Shown here: positions 58,628-64,000 of the stretch, piece after piece | Layout of the letters: each line of letters begins with the position of its first letter | Numbering within the stretch: the stretch's first letter is position 1 | NCBI GenBank assembly: GCA_965116495.1 | Contig: OZ220696.1 | Location: forward strand, 1,696,001-1,760,000 | From: Gammaproteobacteria bacterium | GTDB lineage: Bacteria > Pseudomonadota > Gammaproteobacteria > Eutrophobiales > Eutrophobiaceae | Reading direction: 5' to 3' | DNA: 64,000 nt | Translations under genes and position numbers: made by a program | The notes under the pieces: model-generated | What the model saw: only the letters and a program-made list of their open reading frames with translations | Databases searched by the model: none | Told to the model about the DNA's origin: nothing

Positions 58628-59517
58628 ATGAAAACAGGTTCAATTTGTCCACTCATCACATTGAGCAATACATTTTTGATCTGCGAGGCATACAAGTCAT
58701 GGTGGATAGAGACCTGGCAATGTTGTACGGGGTGCCAACCAGGAGATTAAATGAGCAGGTTAGCAGAAACAGGGAACGCTTCCCTGATTCCTTTATGTTT
58801 CAATTGAGCAAAGAGGAAAAAAATGAACTGGTCGCAAATTGCGACAGGTTAAATGGTATGAAGCATTCATCAACGTGCCCTTACGCGTTCACCGAACAGG
58901 GAGTCGCTATGCTCTCTGCGGTACTGCACAGTAAGACAGCGGTGGAGGTCAGCATACAGATCATGCAGACCTTTGTAGGAATACGTAAATTTATTTCCTC
59001 TCATGCAGGGCTTTTTCAACGTCTGGAAAAGATTGAAAAAAAACAGCTGGAAACCGATCAAAAGTTTGAACACATATTCAGTGCTCTGGAGGGCAAAACG
59101 CTTATTCCCAGTCAAGGTATCTTCTATGACAGGGAAATCTTTGACGCCTACTTTCTTGTCATCAAATTGATAAAAACCGCCAACACGTCCATCGTGCTGA
59201 TTGACAACTATATTGATGAGACTGTTCTTCTCATGTTAAGCAAACGGCCCAAAGGAGTTGAAGCCACCATCTATACATCGAAGATTACTAAAACCCTTCA
59301 AAACGATCTTAAAAAGCATAACAGCCAATACGCCCCCGTTACCGTTAAAATTTTCAGAAAAGCCCACGACCGTTTCCTGGTGATTGACACAAAGACTGTT
59401 TACCACATCGGCGCCTCGCTTAAGGATGCAGGTAAAAAATGGTTTGCTTTTTCAGAAATAAATCTGGACGCAAACGAAATGATAACGAGGATACAAACAG
59501 AGGGATGTCATGGATAG
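58624..59517 (+). CDS. ORF6N-domain protein with C-terminal PLD-like domain
   Basis: RGIQVMVDRDLAMLYGV..NEQVSRNRERFP..FMFQL..PYAFTEQGVAMLS (ORF6N); IDNY..HDRFLVID..HIGASLKD. Confidence 0.85.
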   Translation: MNENRFNLSTHHIEQYIFDLRGIQVMVDRDLAMLYGVPTRRLNEQVSRNRERFPDSFMFQLSKEEKNELVANCDRLNGMKHSSTCPYAFTEQGVAMLSAVLHSKTAVEVSIQIMQTFVGIRKFISSHAGLFQRLEKIEKKQLETDQKFEHIFSALEGKTLIPSQGIFYDREIFDAYFLVIKLIKTANTSIVLIDNYIDETVLLMLSKRPKGVEATIYTSKITKTLQNDLKKHNSQYAPVTVKIFRKAHDRFLVIDTKTVYHIGASLKDAGKKWFAFSEINLDANEMITRIQTEGCHG

Positions 59518-59538
59518 GAAAAAAGGGCACGAGTAGTG

Positions 59539-59674
59539 ATGAATAACAGTGCCGTTAAAGACATGGTTTTGCCGAACGGGTTGTTGAAAACTCTCACTGC
59601 AGACAATTGTTCAGAGTGGAAGCACTACAAAAGTATGAATTTATTCGAGAGTCTTTCAAGAAGAGGATATAGCA
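59539..59674 (+). pseudogene. Probable remnant of full-length hsdS
   Basis: LPNG..SEWKHYKSMNLFE resembles HsdS conserved boundaries; lies where hsdS is expected between hsdM and hsdR. Confidence 0.4.
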
Positions 59675-59821
59675 ATGCTGCGTGTAGAAAAACGGTTGGA
59701 GTATTACAACGCCCTGGACCAGGCGCATACCCAAAACGACTATCAGCCATTCTTATCTTTAATAATAGAAATCGTCGAGCTTAGTTTCCAGCCCTACTGG
59801 CACGCATTAAACATCAAATAA
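59675..59821 (+). pseudogene. C-terminal remnant of a Fic-family protein
   Basis: LRVEKRLEYYNALDQAHTQNDYQPFLSLIIEIV..YW*; R..YY.AL..A is typical of the post-active-site helix; the HPFxDGNGR motif is missing. Confidence 0.6.
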
Positions 59822-59830
59822 GGCGAACTG

Positions 59831-62800
59831 ATGCCCGACTTCAAATTCAACGAAAAATACCTCTCCCAGATCCCGGCCCTGCAACAACTGATCAACCTGG
59901 GTTTTGAATACATAACCCCGGAGCAGGCGCTGGCCCAGCGCGGTGGTCAGCTTATCAACGTTTTGCTGGAGGATACTCTGCGGGAGCAGTTAAAGCGCAT
60001 CAACCGTATCCATTACAAAGGTAGCGAGTACCAGTTCAGTGAGGAGAACATCCAGTCGGCGATCCGGAAAATCAGGAATATCCCCTACCAGGGCCTGCAA
60101 AAAACCAATGAGGCAGTGTATGACCTGCTAACGTTGGGTGTTGCCTTGGAACAGGCAATCGAGGGCGCTTCCAAGAGTTTCTCCCTTAATTACATCGACT
60201 GGAAGCAGCTGAACAATAACCTGTTCCAGGTTACGGCCGAGTTTCCGATACTGCGCAGACACAGCGTGGAAACTGCTCGTCCGGACATCGTGTTGTTCGT
60301 AAACGGCATACCCATGGTCGTTATCGAGTGCAAAGCCCCTGACGAGAAAGTCGAGCAGGCAGTATCCCAGAACATCCGCAACCAGGGCGCTGACTATATC
60401 CCCCAACTGTTCATCTATACGCAACTGGTGATGGGAGTTAACAAGACCACAGCCTTATACGCCACTGCCGGCTCGGACGAGGAGTATTGGAGCGCCTGGC
60501 AGGAACGCGAGGATCGTGGGGATGCTGTTGAAGCCGGCATCAACACGCCGCTGACCGATGAACAGAAAAACCGGCTTTTTTCCGGGGATTTTGCCCCTGC
60601 ACGCGGCTTTTTCGATGCGCTCGAGAGTGAAAAGGGACGCCTGGGAACCGAGCAGGACAAATCGATTTACAGTCTGTGCCGTCCAGAGCGGCTGTTGGAC
60701 CTGTCCTATCGCTTTGTCGTGTTCGACAACGGCATCAGGAAAATAGCACGCTATCAACAATATTTTGTCGTGCACTCAACCATGCGGCGGCTCAGACAGC
60801 GCGACAATCAGGGTAGGCGTAAGGGTGGAATGATCTGGCATACCCAGGGGTCGGGAAAATCCCTGAGCATGGTGATGCTGGTGCGCGCATTGGCGCTGGA
60901 TGCAGGCAGGGATTCCCTGTGCATTGTGCTGGTTACAGACCGCAAGGACCTGGACAGACAGTTGGGCAACACCTTCGTTGCCTGCGGCCTGAGCCGGGAG
61001 CAGGCCACATCCGGACGCAACCTGATAAAACACCTCAGGAACAGGGTGGACATTATCACCACCCTGATTCACAAATTCGAGACCGCCCTGGCAGCGGAAA
61101 AGTACACCGATACATCTGCTGACATTCTCGTGCTGGTGGATGAAAGCCACCGCACCAATTTCGGCGAACTCGCAGCACGGATGCGGCAGATGTTACCCAA
61201 TGCCTGTTATCTCGGATTCACCGGGACTCCGCTGACAAAAGAACAGAAGAACAACTTCGCCCGCTTCGGTGAGCTTATCCAGCCTTCTTACACCATCCGC
61301 CAGGCAGTCAGCGACAAGGCGGTGGTCCCGCTGCTGTATGAAGGCCGCCACGTGGAGATGAAACAGGATAAAGCAGCCGTGGACCTGTGGTTTGCGCGGC
61401 ATACTGCCGGCTTAGACGAAAGCCGGAAGGCTGACTTGAAGAAAAAGTATGCTCGTGTGGAATTGTTGAACACTGTAGATCAAGTCGTTTATATGCGCGC
61501 CTTCGATATCAGCGAGCATTTCCGTAGCCATTGGCAAAACACCGGTTTCAAAGCCCAACTGGTAGCGCCGCTCAGGTCTGTCGCGATCAGGTATCACCAG
61601 TTCCTGAATGAACTCGACGCCGTATCCTCAGAGGTGATCATCTCGGCGCCTGACATGCGGGAAGGGCATGAGCAAATCGATAAAGAGCCAACTGACGAAG
61701 TAAACAAGTTCTGGCGATCGGAGATGAACAAATACGGTTCGGAGGACGAGCGTGACGAGCAGATCATCAATCGATTCAATGACAGCGACGAACCGGAAAT
61801 ACTGATCGTCGTAAACAAGTTGCTGACGGGATTTGATGCCCCGCGCAATACGGTGCTGTACCTCTGCTGCACCCTGCGGGAACACACGTTATTACAGGCC
61901 ATTGCACGGGTCAATCGCGTGTACCGGGACAAGGAATTCGGCTATATCATCGATTATGGCAACGTGCTTAAAGAACTGGACATGGCGCTGGCGATGTATG
62001 ACGTGCTGCAGGACTTCGACGAAGACGACCTTGCCGAATCGCTCACATCGATCAACCAGGAAGTAAACAGGCTGCCGCAACATCACTCGGATTTGTGGGA
62101 TATCTTCAAGCAGGTAGAAAATCGAAGCGATGACGAGGAGTTTGAACGACTGCTGGCCGATACCGAGCTACGAGAGGAGTTCTATGCGCCCCTGTCAGAA
62201 TACGCGAAAACACTTGCTGTCGCGTTATCATCGGAACGGTTCGTAACAACCACCGATGAAAGCGAGATGAAGCGCTACAAGGATGACCTGAAACGCTTTC
62301 AGAGACTCAGCAACGCGGCCCGTCTGCGCTACGCTGAAAGTGTGGATTTCAGCAGTATTGAGCCGCGTATCAGAAAATTGCTTGATACTCATATACAGGC
62401 AGACACAGTCACCCGGCTCAATAAGCCGGTAAACATCTTCGACGATACGTCATTCAACCGGATCAAGGATGAGCAAGGTGTGTATGGCAACCTGACAACG
62501 GCGGCCAGGGCTGACACCATAGCCCACGCCGTCAAATGCACCATCAACGAAAAGATGGATGAAGACCCGGCGTTTTATCGTAAATTCTCAGTGTTGATCC
62601 AGGAAATGATTGACTCCTCCGGAGCCAAGCGCACCAGCGATCTGGAATATCTAAATCAGGTGACACAATTACGCGACCAAGTTGTATCCCGAAGACACGA
62701 TGACGCTCCGGAGAAGCTGCGCGACAACGATGAGGCATGCGCCTATTACGGAGTGGTAAAACCTGTCTACCTGGCACACAACACGTTTTCAGGACAACAA

Positions 62801-63040
62801 CTTGACGATATGGCGGCAGACACCGCGCTTACTGCTCAAGGTATCCTGAGCGATTGCCAAAAGGTTGATTTCTGGAACGATCTGGACGCCAGGAATAGCG
62901 TTAAGAATGCCATTGACGATTACCTCCACGATGAGATCAAATATAAGCATGATGTACCCCTGAGCGTAGAGCAGATGGACGAAATCATAGAAAAACTCAT
63001 GAAGGTCGCCGAGTGCCGAAGGAGTGTATCGAATATGTAG
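59831..63040 (+). CDS. hsdR: Type I restriction endonuclease subunit R
   Basis: RPDIVLFVNG..IECK nuclease motif, HTQGSGKS, DESH, FTGTP, LTGFDAP, QAIARVNR. Confidence 0.96.
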   Translation: MPDFKFNEKYLSQIPALQQLINLGFEYITPEQALAQRGGQLINVLLEDTLREQLKRINRIHYKGSEYQFSEENIQSAIRKIRNIPYQGLQKTNEAVYDLLTLGVALEQAIEGASKSFSLNYIDWKQLNNNLFQVTAEFPILRRHSVETARPDIVLFVNGIPMVVIECKAPDEKVEQAVSQNIRNQGADYIPQLFIYTQLVMGVNKTTALYATAGSDEEYWSAWQEREDRGDAVEAGINTPLTDEQKNRLFSGDFAPARGFFDALESEKGRLGTEQDKSIYSLCRPERLLDLSYRFVVFDNGIRKIARYQQYFVVHSTMRRLRQRDNQGRRKGGMIWHTQGSGKSLSMVMLVRALALDAGRDSLCIVLVTDRKDLDRQLGNTFVACGLSREQATSGRNLIKHLRNRVDIITTLIHKFETALAAEKYTDTSADILVLVDESHRTNFGELAARMRQMLPNACYLGFTGTPLTKEQKNNFARFGELIQPSYTIRQAVSDKAVVPLLYEGRHVEMKQDKAAVDLWFARHTAGLDESRKADLKKKYARVELLNTVDQVVYMRAFDISEHFRSHWQNTGFKAQLVAPLRSVAIRYHQFLNELDAVSSEVIISAPDMREGHEQIDKEPTDEVNKFWRSEMNKYGSEDERDEQIINRFNDSDEPEILIVVNKLLTGFDAPRNTVLYLCCTLREHTLLQAIARVNRVYRDKEFGYIIDYGNVLKELDMALAMYDVLQDFDEDDLAESLTSINQEVNRLPQHHSDLWDIFKQVENRSDDEEFERLLADTELREEFYAPLSEYAKTLAVALSSERFVTTTDESEMKRYKDDLKRFQRLSNAARLRYAESVDFSSIEPRIRKLLDTHIQADTVTRLNKPVNIFDDTSFNRIKDEQGVYGNLTTAARADTIAHAVKCTINEKMDEDPAFYRKFSVLIQEMIDSSGAKRTSDLEYLNQVTQLRDQVVSRRHDDAPEKLRDNDEACAYYGVVKPVYLAHNTFSGQQLDDMAADTALTAQGILSDCQKVDFWNDLDARNSVKNAIDDYLHDEIKYKHDVPLSVEQMDEIIEKLMKVAECRRSVSNM

Positions 63041-63129
63041 TCATCCATGAGTTGCGTCACCTGCTCCACCACAACCACGGCCCGAAATTCCAGCGACTGG
63101 TTGACTTGAACTGTGCCAAACATGTATAG
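63013..63129 (+). pseudogene. Remnant of YgjP/DUF45 (M48-like) metallopeptidase-fold gene overlapping the hsdR 3' end
   Basis: PKECIEYVVIHELRHLLHHNHGPKF (HExxH..HNH..F) in another frame; N- and C-termini missing. Confidence 0.75.
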
Positions 63130-63147
63130 TTACAAATGTAACTAATT
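63124..63147. promoter_or_regulatory. Right copy of the 24-bp repeat/operator, overlapping the promoter of the FAH-family gene
   Basis: GTATAGTTACAAATGTAACTAATT identical to 55343-55366; TTGACT(63101)-N18-TATAGT; GAGGAG RBS follows. Confidence 0.75.
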
Positions 63148-63162
63148 TTTGAGGAGAAAGCT

Positions 63163-64000
63163 GTGAAACTCGCCAGTCTTAGTGAGGGAGGGCGCGACGG
63201 CACCCTGGTAGTAGTCAATCGCGACATGAGCAAGGCCGTCAAGGTTCCTGACATCGCGCCGACCATGCAGGCAGCACTCGAAGAGTGGGCGGATACGGAA
63301 CCTGCCTTGGTAGAAGTCTTCGACTGCCTCCAGGCAGGAAATGTTGAGGACGCCTTCGATTTCGACCCGAAACAAGTGGCCGCACCCCTGCCCCGTTCCT
63401 ACCACTGGGCGGACGGCAGCGCCTACGTCACCCACGTAGAACTGGTGCGCAAGGCGCGCGGGGCGGAACTGCCCGATTCCTTCTGGACCGACCCGCTCAT
63501 GTATATGGGCGCTTCCGATGTGTTTCTCGGCCCCTGTGACGATATCCCGCTGGAAAGCGAGGACTGGGGCATAGACTTCGAATCCGAGGTGGCGATCTTC
63601 ACCGACGACGTGCCCGCAGGCATCACCCCGGAACAGGCAAAGGCGCATATCAAGCTCGTCACCATCATCAACGACGTATCGCTCAGGAACCTGATCCCCA
63701 AGGAACTGGCTAAACAGTTCGGGTTTTACCAGTCCAAGCCGCATACCGCGTTCGCGCCCGTTGCCGTTACCCCGGACGAACTGGGCGATGCCTGGGACGG
63801 CGGCAAGATCCATCTGCCCCTGCATTCCATCATGAACGGTGTAAAACTGGGGTCGCCCAACGCCGGTGTCGACAATACCTTCGACCTGCCCCGCTTGATC
63901 TCCCACGCGGCCAAATCACGCCCGCTCATGGCGGGAACGGTGGTCGGGTCGGGGACCGTTGCCAACGTCGGCAGCAAGGACGGCTCGTCCTGTATCTCTG
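63163..64000 (+). CDS. Fumarylacetoacetate hydrolase-family protein (runs off window end)
   Basis: Not in the ORF track. GTG start: MKLASL..GRDGTLVVV..PLPRSYHWADGSAY..HVELVRKARGA..IDFESEVA..NDVSLRNLIP..QSKP..GSGTV. Confidence 0.92.
   Translation, partial: MKLASLSEGGRDGTLVVVNRDMSKAVKVPDIAPTMQAALEEWADTEPALVEVFDCLQAGNVEDAFDFDPKQVAAPLPRSYHWADGSAYVTHVELVRKARGAELPDSFWTDPLMYMGASDVFLGPCDDIPLESEDWGIDFESEVAIFTDDVPAGITPEQAKAHIKLVTIINDVSLRNLIPKELAKQFGFYQSKPHTAFAPVAVTPDELGDAWDGGKIHLPLHSIMNGVKLGSPNAGVDNTFDLPRLISHAAKSRPLMAGTVVGSGTVANVGSKDGSSCIS

Noticed and set aside
63142-63906. 254-aa minus-strand ORF from the track
   Set aside because: Antisense shadow of the plus-strand FAH-family gene, which has an RBS and family motifs.

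Overview
Chromosomal window of a GC-rich gammaproteobacterium; the RpoB insert resembles, from memory, that of Xanthomonadales-related lineages, and a host-associated lifestyle is only an inference. (1) 1-6.9 kb: a LysR-controlled kynurenine-pathway operon: kynureninase, TonB-dependent receptor, an aspartate-dehydrogenase-fold protein lacking the NadX catalytic motifs and resembling animal ASPDH, a BASS transporter, a 29-codon relic of 3-hydroxyanthranilate dioxygenase, and ACMS decarboxylase. (2) 7-13.3 kb: htpG pseudogene, methyltransferase, two oxidoreductases, tRNA-Thr(TGT), tmRNA and an orphan Rieske dioxygenase pair. (3) 13.4-44.2 kb: one contiguous minus-strand core cluster (tRNA-Tyr/Gly/Thr, tuf, tRNA-Trp, secE, nusG, rplKAJL, rpoBC, rpsLG, fusA, S10, spc, alpha) that lacks the tuf copy after fusA and has almost no room for r-protein leaders. 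(4) 44.3-47 kb: a Slam/type XI secretion pair with an (EP)24-stalked TbpB-barrel lipoprotein. (5) 47-64 kb: class III aminotransferase, group II decarboxylase, aldehyde:ferredoxin oxidoreductase, P450, MarR, hmgA and an FAH-family gene, possibly a new route from aromatic amino acids/amines to homogentisate. hmgA and the FAH gene are separated by a 7.8-kb block (deleted kynU, type I R-M with only a half-size HsdS, ORF6N protein, fic and ygjP relics) bounded by an identical 24-bp operator-containing direct repeat. Intergenic regions carry four families of palindromic REP/MITE-like repeats, and five loci show large internal deletions. All calls are from motif recognition by eye; no database searches were run.
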